Source of the DNA: Callorhinchus milii
Taxonomy: Eukaryota
Length of the DNA: 64,000 bases
Assembly (NCBI RefSeq): GCF_018977255.1
Contig: NW_024704749.1
Span: forward strand, 8,990,001-9,054,000
Direction of reading: 5' to 3'
Of the stretch, positions 1-12,000 are shown one piece after another (within the stretch, counting starts at the first letter, position 1; the number at the start of each line of letters is the position of its first letter). The notes under the pieces are model-generated. The model saw nothing but the letters and a program-made list of their open reading frames with translations. It was not told the DNA's origin and searched no databases. A program made the position numbers and the translations under genes.

Positions 1-3000
1 GATAAGCGCATCTTCTGTGCCATTCTCTGCTCCCGCAGTGCTGCGGTGGGTGTCAATCTTGTCGATGCAGATACTGTGGTCGTTTATGACGGTGACTTGA
101 ACCCAACTCTGGATGGGCAGGTGCAGGAATGGTGCGACAGAATAGGAAATTGTAAAGATATCCACATATACAGGTACTTTAAAAAAAAAGGCCTTTTGCA
201 AAGCCAGCAATATATATTCCGCCCTGTTATTTTTTGAGGAATCCACAGTGTTCCAAGATAAAACGAATCAATTTGGAGTTGAGATTTATTTGATTAAATG
301 TCGATCGCCTGTTAACATTCTGTAATTATATCCTGCTCCAGACTCGTCAGTGGCAACTCTATTGAGGAGAAGCTTCTCAAGAATGGCACAAAGAATTTGA
401 TCCGAGATGTGGCTTTGCAAGGAAGCAACTATTCTATGGCTTACTTACAACAGGTGTGTAGCCTGTCACAAGGATGTATTGGTTCTGGGTTGATCTAAGA
501 GCTTTGTTATTTTGCTAGAAACAATTCTAACTTTCAGCAAATAGCATTATTGGCTTGTCTTCCCATCAGAGGATCGGAAATGTCACCCCATGTTCCTATG
601 CTGCCTAGAAATAGGTTGAACTTTGGAAGCCCTTCAGGGGTATTGCTCTTTTAAGAATCTTCTCTTTCGCTTGTGGTACACAGTGAACCACAATAACTGC
701 TACAGAGCCTGTATGGTTATGTGTTTGTTCTTCAGCTGAGATTGGTTTGTACTATGGCTCTTGTGGTGAAACCAGAACTGTTTCATATCCTCTTCTACCT
801 CTTTGACGTTGTGCATGAAGAGCCGAACTATCAATAGTGCCAGCCAGCTTTTGCCACAAATAAAACTATGAACCAAACACTAACCAAAATTGCTCAGAGG
901 ATATTTCAAATAGGAGTAATTGCAAAGTTGTAATCTCATGACTGGGTTTTGTGGGTGATCACTTTAAATGTCGACAGCGTCTTGCTTGTTAATCTTATTA
1001 ATTATCTAGAAAATGACCTGGAAGAACAATTATTATACATGCCACATAAAAAACAAATAATGCATGGAAAATCTGTCATTGTTAGCTTGTGTTGGCTTTC
1101 ATCACATCTAGGATTAACTACATAAGTGAATCTGTAGCTCAGTGGTTAGAGCACTCGCCTCGCAAGCGAGAGACCTGGGTTCGATTCCCGACAAGCGAAA
1201 CTTTGAGCAAGTTTCCTTACTCCACACGCCCAATAATAATCCCTCAAGAAAAAAAAAACCAATAAAAAATAATTGGTCACTTCAATCCACGGCTGTTTGT
1301 GAAGACACTGCTGTGCGCAATTGGCTGCCGCGTTTCGCCCACGAATATACAGTCAACTCACTTTACAGTATATTTCTGTGACGAGCTTTGAGACGTCTAG
1401 AAGACGTGAAAAGTGCTATATCAAATGCAAGGATTATTATTATCTGATGAGATTATTTTGTCTTTCTCTTGCAGCAAACGGTTCGTGACTTATTTGAGGT
1501 AACAGTTTTTGGCGATTCTGCGCTAAAGGTGAAGACTGAGGAGTTTGTGGTGCTGTCCCAAGTGCCGTCCCTGGTAAACCAGATATCACCCAAGGAAACA
1601 AAACCATTCTTGGAGGTATTGAACCTCATTTAATAGCCTGGCTGTTGCTGTTCTCGAGCATGATTTGCTACGTACATGATTTGCCTGCGTTTTCAGCCAC
1701 TTCGCCCTGAAACCCTGGAATACTTGTCCTCTATCCCCCCCATCTTGCCCCTTCCTTCCCCATCTTCAGGTCGTGCCTGAAAATCTTCCTACTCGACCAT
1801 GCCTATGGTCACCTAAATGTCCTCCTCCCCTCGTCTTGATGTTGTGTGCTCTTGTCAAGCGCTCTGGACGCTACCCTGTGTGAGGGGCGCTATGTACAAC
1901 AACAACAACAACAAGATTCCATTTATAGAGCGCCTTTCACGTCGGGAAGACGTCCCAAGGCGCTATATGTAAATGCAAGTTGTTGTTGGTTTCTGCTCCT
2001 GATTGCTTTCCAGGGTCTGTAAAATAACAGATTAAATGTCTGTGGGAAAATAATAGGTTACAAATGCACAAGCTCTTATCTGATTGATATTTCAACTATT
2101 AGGGTATGCGGCTACGTTTAACACAACTAGGTATTCCCTTAATATAAGATCCAAAGTATTTAGCTCACCCAGAAGTCTCTTTCTTTGTGAGCCTTATTTA
2201 ACAGATTAAATATTCGAAACAATTAAAAATGGTTTCAACTGTTTCAAAGGCTTTGAACAGCATTGAACGGGAAAGTGGTGATTGTATCAAATCTGAGCCC
2301 ACCGCAAAATTGGAATCCAGTGAAGCATTTGTTCATTCTAACGCCAAGGAACGATCCTTGAAGTATGAAGGACCTTCACACTTGGATGAATTAGCTGCAC
2401 TCGTTGAACAGGTATTTTTTTTTCTCATTATCTTTTGCTATGAATTTAAGAGTTTTGATCTACAACCCAACTGAGTTCTCCGCAGAGTAATAAACTCTTA
2501 TCGCAGGATCTCTAGTTTGCAGCAAAGTTGGATTTTTCCTCTTTGTGCTTGCAGTGTTTCAACACGGCCTCTCAAGTGGAACTCAATGTGTTTAAATTAA
2601 TTTATTTGACTTTGTTAGTTGAATTATGTTACTGACATAAGTAATTACTCATACAGCTTACACCAGTGGAAAAATATGCCATGAATTATCTGGAGCTGAC
2701 TCAAGCATTCATTACTCCAGAAGAACAGAGACCTCCTGAGGTAAGTAAGATAAAGTCCTACCCAGCTATTAATTTAGTCATTAATAAATGAATTTCCATA
2801 AGCGCCTTTCCCATCAGAAAGACATCCCAAAGCGCTTGAATCTCAATCTCATTTAGTACAGATATCTGGCTCTTTGCTGTATAAAATATTCTTGAGTCTT
2901 CTTACTGTAAGGTCTTCTGCTTTTCCTGTGGATTTACAAGCAACACCAAAAAATAGATGCCAACTTGACAGTTTGTGTATTGATGATGAGATCTGTTCGG

Positions 3001-6000
3001 TTTAGGTTCAGGTGACAGCAGCTCAGCAGGCCTGGGAGTTTTCTCAGCTGCAGAATATAAAGAAGGAAAAGCAAAGAGAATTAGAAGAGGACGAAAATGG
3101 CCTACTGTTCACCTATACCCGTGAGGACGCATACAATAAGGTGCCTATTACACTGAATATGTCAAAGATTATTTTCAGTTTAAACCAGTGGAGCTTGTTC
3201 CCGTCCCTATTCCCCCTGCGTTGTCTTGGCTCCTGTACTTAATGTGGCTGTTTCACTCTTAACAATCACAAACTGCCAAAAATCATATATGTTCTGATGA
3301 TCGCGGGTTGCTCAAACACTTGTACAGCACTTTGAATGTCACTTTTTGTAGTTCATCTGTTGAAAAAGTGGCTCTAAGCCACCCGATTGATGCAACTCTG
3401 GCACAGACTTGGTTAAACAAGAGGAGAATACGTTTATTACAAGATTTGGGATTAATAAGCAATCATGTTGGTGGAAAATAAAACGTCGTACATTATAATT
3501 CTTGTTTCTTTTTCTACATAAAGGAATATGTGAATGAAGGTGCAGATGGACAGAATGAAACAATGCCTGTGAGTTTTGGCGCAAATACACTTTTAAAAAT
3601 AAATGCAAGGATGTATAGAATTACTTGGGTTCTATATTAACTTCTGTCTGTGGTAGATTTGGACTCCTCCAACTCCGCCTCAGGATGACAATGACATCTA
3701 TATGGATCCAGTCATGTGCCTAATGTACGAGACAACAGCTATTGCAGAATCTAAACTTCCTCCGGTGTATGTCCGCAAGGAACACAAGAGACTAAAGCTG
3801 GACGCCTCTGGTGAGTAACATTTCCTTTAACTTAGGGGTTTTACAGCCAGAACTGCTTTACTCAATGATAAAACCATGAACCTAAAAATGATTCGTTCAC
3901 TTTATAATAATAATAATAATCCTTGCATTTGATATAGCGCTTTTCACGTCGGGAGGACGTCCCAAAGCGCTTCACAGAACACACTGTAAAGTGAATTGAC
4001 TGTATATTTGTGGGCGAACGCGGCAGCCAATTGCGCACAGCAATGTCCCACAAACAGTCGTAGATTGAAAATGACCAGTTTTTATTATTGTTTTGGGTTT
4101 TGGAGGGATTATTATTAGGCTCTGTGTGGAGTAAGGAAACTTGCCCAAGGTTTTGCCCTGACCTGCCTGGAATTGAACTCAGGTCTCTCGCTTGCAAAGC
4201 GAGTGCTCTAACCACTGAGCTATAGGACTCCACACTTAGTGTGGTTTCTCAAGAATAGCTGCCGTAATTAGAACAGACGTTTGCAACAACTACTCTGTTA
4301 AAGCGCCCTTCAACGTAATACTTCCTTGCTGTAGATCTACATGCATTAATTGACATCTCCAATGCATGAGGCATGAGGCAACAGCTACTGTGCCTCAGTC
4401 TACTGCTCAATACACCCAGGCTCCAGCTCTGACCGTCCAGCTTTCTGAACTAAAAAAAAATAGCTGACGTCTGATCTTTGAGTCGCGTGATGGGGCGGGG
4501 CGGGGGAGAGTTGGGGGTGGGCTGACTGTCACTGAATAGTATCGGACATCTTGGTTTCATTTGCAAAAAAAGAGAAAATTATACTAAAAATAATATTTTG
4601 GGTACTCAGATGACGTGACTTGCGAACCTGCAAAAAGTGAGACGAGGTGTATTTATTCTGTCAATGTAGCTGCTGGGAAGAAGTTCAAGAAAGCTCGACA
4701 TGGCGAGGCAGTGTCCCCTCCACGCTCACTGTTTGACAGGGCAGCACCCTGTATACTGAAGATGCGGCGGGAGGCGAAGGATCAGAAGAAGAACATGTTC
4801 CTGAAACAGCAGGCGCCGTTTGCAAAGCCTCTGCCATCGTTCAGCAAGCAAACTGTGGATGGAGGGCAGGACAGCCCCGAGTGGCTGATCAGTGAGGACT
4901 GGGCATTATTGCAGGTAATTCATCAACACACGTTATCCTTCAAGAACCTTCTCAAGACCCTCCTCTTCGACTTCTTTGGGCCTTCAGTCACCCTCTTATC
5001 TCCTACCCTCCTTCCCCCGCCCTCCACCCCACCTGATCCCAACCACCAACTCGGGTGTGGATCCTTGACTATCCAACGCCTTGGGACACCCTCTTGACGT
5101 GAAAGGCGCTATACGGATGTAATTTGTTGTTATTGTTGATGCAGAAAAAAGTGGATATATCATTGAATTTAACGTTGTAATTGAAATGTCTGCTGCTGCT
5201 GTTGTTGTCAGGCTGTAAAGCAGTTACTGGAGTTGCCTCTGAGCCTCGCCATCATCTCCCCCGCACACACACCCAACTGGGACCTCGTCAGTGATGTTGT
5301 GAACTCCTGCAGTCACATCTATCGCTCACCTAAACAATGTCGGAACCGATATGAGAATGTCATCATCCCAAGAGAAGAAGGAAAGGTACATGACCCTGGA
5401 ACTAGCTACAGATGCATTCATTGTCCAGTACATTCTGAGATAACTGTAATGTTTTATTGACTCCCACCTTAATTTAGAATTTTTCACAATTTATATCGCT
5501 TATATGTTTTGACTTTCGACATTGAGCAAATCAGTGGAGCATTTCCTATCTATTTATTTATTTGCAGTTGATATATGATGCTAATCCAAAGAAGAAAACA
5601 AAAAGCATTTACAAGGTAATTGCAAATGTATTCATTGTTGACCCTCAAATAACCATTTACTTGAATAAGGTACAAATCATAAACTTAAAGGGTATCTTTT
5701 TTTCTCAGACTAAAAACAGTCGTCCACTGCGAACTAGCCAGATCTACGCACAGGACGAGAGCGCAATGCATACGCAACGTTTCACAAGCCATTTCGAGCT
5801 GGTGAAGCTTATCGCTGGCAAAAGAAGTCCACCGATCAAACCTATGTAAGTGTTCTTCACGCTACGGTGAAAATGTTTGGTACTTTGAAGACAGTAAGCC
5901 CCACGGTGCGCCCCACACAAAGCTTATTGGAACATGTCACAAACCCCCTAAAATGACAACTTCCCGGTCAAATGTAACAACTCCACCAACACATTGCATT

Positions 6001-9000
6001 TACACAGCGCCTTTCATCTCGGGAGGACGTCCCAAGGCGCTGGACAGTAGAGGGTTTGCACCTGAGCTGGGGGCTGGATTTGAAAGGGGTTGGGGATCTG
6101 AAAGCACCTTGGAGAGGAAAGGGAGGTTGGAGATGGGATGGTAGATAAGGAGGAGAGAAGGATCAAGGCTAGCTTTTTTGAAGATGCGGGTTATGGCAGC
6201 TGCTTTTAAGCGGATGGGAACTGTGCCCGTAGGCAGAGAAAGATTAGCAATGTTCAAATACAGTTCAAATATGCTGCTTTGCGAGTGAATGTTGCAGATA
6301 GGTGCAAGAGATCCTCCCATCAATCCTCCCATCAGTCCACGTACTTAAATTGATATGTTCCATCATTTCTGTTGGATCTTCAAACAAACTTGTTCTGTTT
6401 TCTAGGCTCGGTATGAATCCTTTCCAGAAAAATCCAAAGAATGCGTCAGTGTTAGCTGAGAGGTCTGTAACCAGTGCATTTTATTGGTACTGTCGATTTC
6501 ATCATTGATTTGATTTTGTTCTGCCCGTTACCTGAAAACCAAAGTAACCAACTGTTGGAATGTTTTCACTGTTTTCTAGTGGAATCAATTATGATAAGCC
6601 ATTGACTCCAATCCAGGTGGCATCACTTCGAGCTGAACGTATTGCAAAGGAAAAAAAGGTTTGAGTTTGAAAGTTTCTTGCATTTGTGGGAATTCTTTGA
6701 CAACCAACAGATTGAATCGGTTTTATGCCACTTTCGTCTGAATTATTCGTTGGTCATATGTACATGTTTTGTGTGTGAAGGTTTAATCTGGCTATTGCTG
6801 TCTTTGAGCCACTTTACGATTAAGTCATCAGCTGCAGATAATCATCGTATAATGTACACTTAGTTGTACTCTGAATGTTAGTGAATAATGTAGATCTTGT
6901 GGTTCAAAAATAATTCAAGTGACTTACTCGATTGTTGCAGCAAGGTGTGTGTGTGTAAGTTCTTCGGAAACTTATTTTGATTTGGAAACTCAAGTGAAAG
7001 TATGTCAGTTGCACTAAATGTGGCAATTATAATAATAATGATTATAACTTACAAATGAGAGCAGAACATTGAACATTCTTTTGGGCATGAAAGTAACATG
7101 CACTTACCCTTGTCCTGAGCCATTCAACTCCACACCGAGACAATGGTTTGTGTGTCATCCGAATAAGCCACAATGTACAAGTTCACGTTCGGGGAACGAT
7201 TCCTTATGTGAGGCCACATTGAAATTAAATTTGCTTTCAAAGTTTTGTGGATGCATTGAAATGTTTTCTAATTTGTTTGATTCAAGGCTTTGGCAGAGCA
7301 ACAGAGAGCGCAGCAGCTCGCTCAGCAACAAGCTCAGCAGAACACACAGCCAGCCGTGCAACAGCAGCAGCCCCAGCAGCAAGCACAGCCGCAGGCAGTA
7401 GTGCAGCCTGCTGCAGCTACTGTTGCAAACACTGCGGTGCTGGTACAAACTTTTTTACTTGACTTCTCTGCTAGGATTTTACCTGGGTGCTGGGAGAAAG
7501 AATTTTTTTTATATATAGTTGTACGTTAGCTAAATTGGATAAATAATCTTTGCAATCAGGGATCCAACAGCACAGTAAAACTCGCATGAGTCTCATCTAT
7601 ATAAATCGTACGATTGCCTAAGTCATACGTGTACTCAAGTTCCCATTCAGTTTCCTACCAAAAACCACTTAGATTTCTCTGCACTAGTCGTATTTTATAA
7701 AGAAACTCTTAACTCATAACGCCGCTCTCCTGTCCTCCATTAGGCTGCCTTGAATAGCGGGAAATTAAGTTCTAACCTGTCGAACCGTGCACACTTACCG
7801 GCTGCATTGAATTAAGCTTGTGCAGTGTAGATTATTGATTAAAATCGGATTTTAAAGAACTTGTGCAAGCTTCTCCCAGCGCCTCCCCTTTCCTTACTTG
7901 AATTGATTTACATTAATTCGTCAGCGTTTTAAGTAATATATGATGGTTTACCTTGTGCTAAGTCGCAGTTTGTCTTTTGTACTAAACCAAATTATGTTTA
8001 TTGTGATCTTAAAGCAGACTGGAGCCATTAAGACAGCAGCTGGTACAGCAAACATACAGACTGGTAAGCAACACAATTCAAAAGATTTTATTTAGCAGAT
8101 CAATATAATTACTTTTCTGTACACTTACACCAATTTTGTATTCCAGCTACAGTGAGCGGCAATGTTATAGTCAATACAGCCACAGGAATACAACAAAGTA
8201 CCTTTCAGCCTATTAACAAACGAATCACACAGCCAGTTATTCCCGGGACACTAACAGTAAGTAAAATAATATGTGACAGTAACTATACCATATTTAATGT
8301 AATATCTACAAGCAAATTTTCTGAAATACAGGACAGGTTAGTTAGTGGCTCAGAAATAGTAAAATTGTTTGTCAGAGTACACGTTATTCATTTTTTTATG
8401 TATAAAAAGAACTACATAGAACCTCAGCAATGTACGACATAGTAGTTTGAAGTCTCTACCGAAAAGAGGAAGAAACTTTGTTTCCTGACCGAAAGGAAAG
8501 TCAGTTTCCTGACCGACAGGTCAGGGTGTCCTGACCGACAATCCCCCAATTAAATTTGGTCATTCATTTGGTGGCTGTCTGTGGGACACTGCTGTGCGCA
8601 ATTGGGCTTCCGGGTTTGCCTGGAAATACACAGTCAATCCACTTCACCATATATCCTGTGAAGCACTTTGAGACTTCTCAATGACGTGATAAAGCTCATC
8701 CAATGCAAGGATTATTATATAACCAGCAGCACTTTTGGACTTTGAATGCAGAGAGAGGACATAGCTGCAATAAAATATTATTAAATCACTGCTTAAAGTT
8801 GTTGGAAATCTCAGTTTAACTCCGAAATACTAAAATATGACTTTTGACAAACTCCCGGGTGTAGAAATAGTGTGTTGCATTAATATTGCTGCTGTTTATC
8901 CAGACTGCAGGAGGTACAGCTGCCCAGGTAGTGCATGGACAGCAGAGAACTGTTCCCACATCTGCTGCTACAGAAGTTGTGGCCATAGCAACCAACCAGG

Positions 9001-12000
9001 GGGTCCGAGCTGCCATAACTCCAGTTACAGCAGCTGTGGTATCCACGAGCCTGTCTCCCGCACAGTCCCAGACCAGGTCACTGGTGACACAAGTTACACC
9101 AGGTAAAGTGCCATGTTTTCTCAGGTGATGAGTTACAACTAATATTCTGTCCTGCCATGTGACATTGTATTGTACATTTAGTCAAAGCCCTTTAGTTCAG
9201 CGGTACTTGTCATAATCTCCACTTGCTTGCTGTCTGCTGGAATACACTGCATCTCGACCCACCACAATGTCTTCCTGTCGGGAGGCTATTCCAGCACATC
9301 AATACCTGTCCTCAATCAGTTGAGTTAAGAGTAGCTGAGGGGTGGGTGATGCACATCGACAGCTCCCCAGGTCACCTACGCCCACTTTACAGACAGGACT
9401 GTTAGTATCTAAAGCAAATAAGATGAATATGTGGTTCTCGAATCCTGAGGTGAACCCGGGGAAATAGCTTGACTTCCGTTGGAGGGATTTATGATAATAA
9501 TCCATCATAGGCTCGGCTACAAATAGTCACTGCACATTACGGGAACTTCGCAAAGCACTTTAAAATATTCTCGACGTTACAAGAGTTATACCAAAAAAGC
9601 AAGGAGTTATTTTATGTTGTTACATTATTTTCCGTTCACCACAATTCTCAGGTTTGGCCCTTTGTTCCTCATGAAATAAAGCAAAAGGTGCCTGATACTA
9701 GGTCATTCAAGCAATAGGAAATAGCTAGACATTTCAAATATTGATCAGAGTCCTAATGTTGTGTAGAACTTACTAAGATTCTCATTCAACTTTACTTAAG
9801 TGTCTTTCGAATCTCATGTTCACACTGTTGCCGCTTGTTCCAGTCACAGCCAACAGCGTCCAGCTCACCACGGGAAAGTCTATCGCTCAGGCACAAATCC
9901 AGCTCTTCAGACAACAAACGCCTCAGGTGCAGGTTCAGCAAATCCAGTCCCAATCCCAGACCCCGCTAAAGACGATGCAGAAATTACAGCCGGTAAGATA
10001 TTTTACCCACAAGATATACCGTCAATTCACTTTATTCCACCAGGCGCTTTGGCACATCTCGAAGACGCGATAAGGCTCTGTATCAAGTGCGAGAATTGTT
10101 ATATATTATTAAACCTGTCAGCTTTCGAGTACAGTGATTCTAAAGATTCCATATGCTACCAAACCCAATTGTCAATTATTACCAAAATCAACTTTTGTAA
10201 CTTTCATTTAACAACAATGAGTGTGAACTCATCAATGATTCATTGTCAGTCAGTGGTATCCATCCTCAACCTAGCTACCCTACCATTTTATAAAAAGGTG
10301 GTAAGTTGCACAAAGGATCTCCTTGACGACAGTTATGCTGAATTGCTAAGGATAGCAATCTTTCTGTCGCTGTCTTCATGGTGGGAAGTAGCCAAAAAAG
10401 ATATACTGCTCTTAGCAATCGTATTTCAGTGATCGCCTGAGTGATAATTGCCATCGCTATTTCTGTTATAAATGTTTCTGTAAACCAGTCTCATTCCATT
10501 TTATTTTTGTCTCAGGAACAGTTGTTGAAATTCAAACAGAAGCAGCAGCAGCAACAAGTAACTCAGAGAGGCCCAATGCAGACCGGCACAGTAGCAAACA
10601 TCCCAGTTGCTCGGATCGTAAGTTGCATCAATATGATTACCTTTGTCAAGCACTAGACCAAAAAGTGATATGATAATACACACCCCAATAAGGAATCATT
10701 CACATGCAAGCTAGTAACAACAATGTGCACAGCAAAGAGAAAACTGATGATCTGGACTATTGGGAGAATGGAGATGCTGTGCTCCAAGCTGGAGCCTTGA
10801 GCAGGAACACTGATGTTTGTTGCACCGTGTGTATTTAGATGCATTAATTGGAGGTCAGTTCTGAGTAGATGCCACTGGCTTTCACTTGTGTAATAATATA
10901 ATAGTAAAGGATGCGTGGTGAGGCTGGGCGTTGTTGCAGAATCGTCTGATGCAGAGTCTTGTACTGCCCTTGAAAAGAAGCTGGAAGGTGTTCAAGTTCC
11001 TTATTCAAGGTGGGATTTGTGCTCCAGGTCCAAAATCCGCATAAGGATCGAAAGGGTTCTCCCCACCCTGTCGTACATGCACGCTGGGAAGATGGGCGAA
11101 CACTGGCTCTTGTCCTGGATGTGTGATTCCTTTCTCCGCAGGCTCGCGTTCCTACATCGCAGCTTCAAACTCAGACACAGCCAGCCTCGACCACACAAGT
11201 GACACTCGCCAAGCCCTCCGTCGTGCCTGTACCTGCAGGCGTCGTACCGTCTGGAGTAACAACGCTCCCGGTTACTGTCGCTGGGATTAGTGTGGCTATT
11301 GCTCAGCCCCAGAAAGGAACACCTGGTAAATACCACTTGCATAGAAGGTTTGGAATGCTTCGTCCATGACACCTCATTTGCTCGGGCAAAGTCTGTCAGC
11401 TGCTGTGGTTCGCCGCATTAATGGGGGGGGGTCTGTGATTGAAATTGGGAGACTTGTTACTGTGGATACGTTGGCTGGACATCATCCTCTAATTCTCTCT
11501 CACAGTTAGGGAGAAACTGCTTGTGTTATTCACACAGAAACCACACGTGTTGAAGGGAGAAAATGGTTCATTTTTTTTGCTCATGTCATTTGCTTGATCA
11601 GAAGTTGAAAGATAACTGATTGAAGTCTACCGTTGCTGAAGTGAAGCTCTTGAGCCGGATTGATGCACATTGATGCACCATCACGCTGTTGGCCCAGGGA
11701 TGATATCTCCTGATTGTTTTCCAGGTGTACCGGCAGGGGTGAAGACCCATAACTTTCCATCCAAGCAAGTGCAGCACCTTCTCATGGTGAAGCAGCAGCA
11801 AACAGCCGGGTCCCAGCCGGGACAAGCAGCCAGAGCCACCCAGCAGAAGGTAATCCCTTGAGAGAAGTGCTTGTTACACTTGTCTTATTAAGCTGCTCTT
11901 TCTTGATTTCGAGTCCTGCAGCTCGGTGGTTAGAGCACTCGCCTCGTAAGCGAGAGGACCTGGGTTGGATTCTGGGCCGGGGCAAAACACTGGGCAAGTT

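Noticed and set aside
1128-1200. tRNA-Ala-like cloverleafs here and at other SINE heads
   Set aside because: Each continues into a SINE body and tail and lacks a proper acceptor stem; they are not tRNA genes.
2895-2975. Possible SNORA49-like snoRNA (human EP400 hosts one)
   Set aside because: Only faint resemblance, with no clear two-hairpin H/ACA structure; an Infernal search would be needed.
8012-8017. NAGNAG acceptor in EP400 (and tandem acceptors at 3005/3011)
   Set aside because: A common feature; only makes the exon start uncertain by 1-2 codons.
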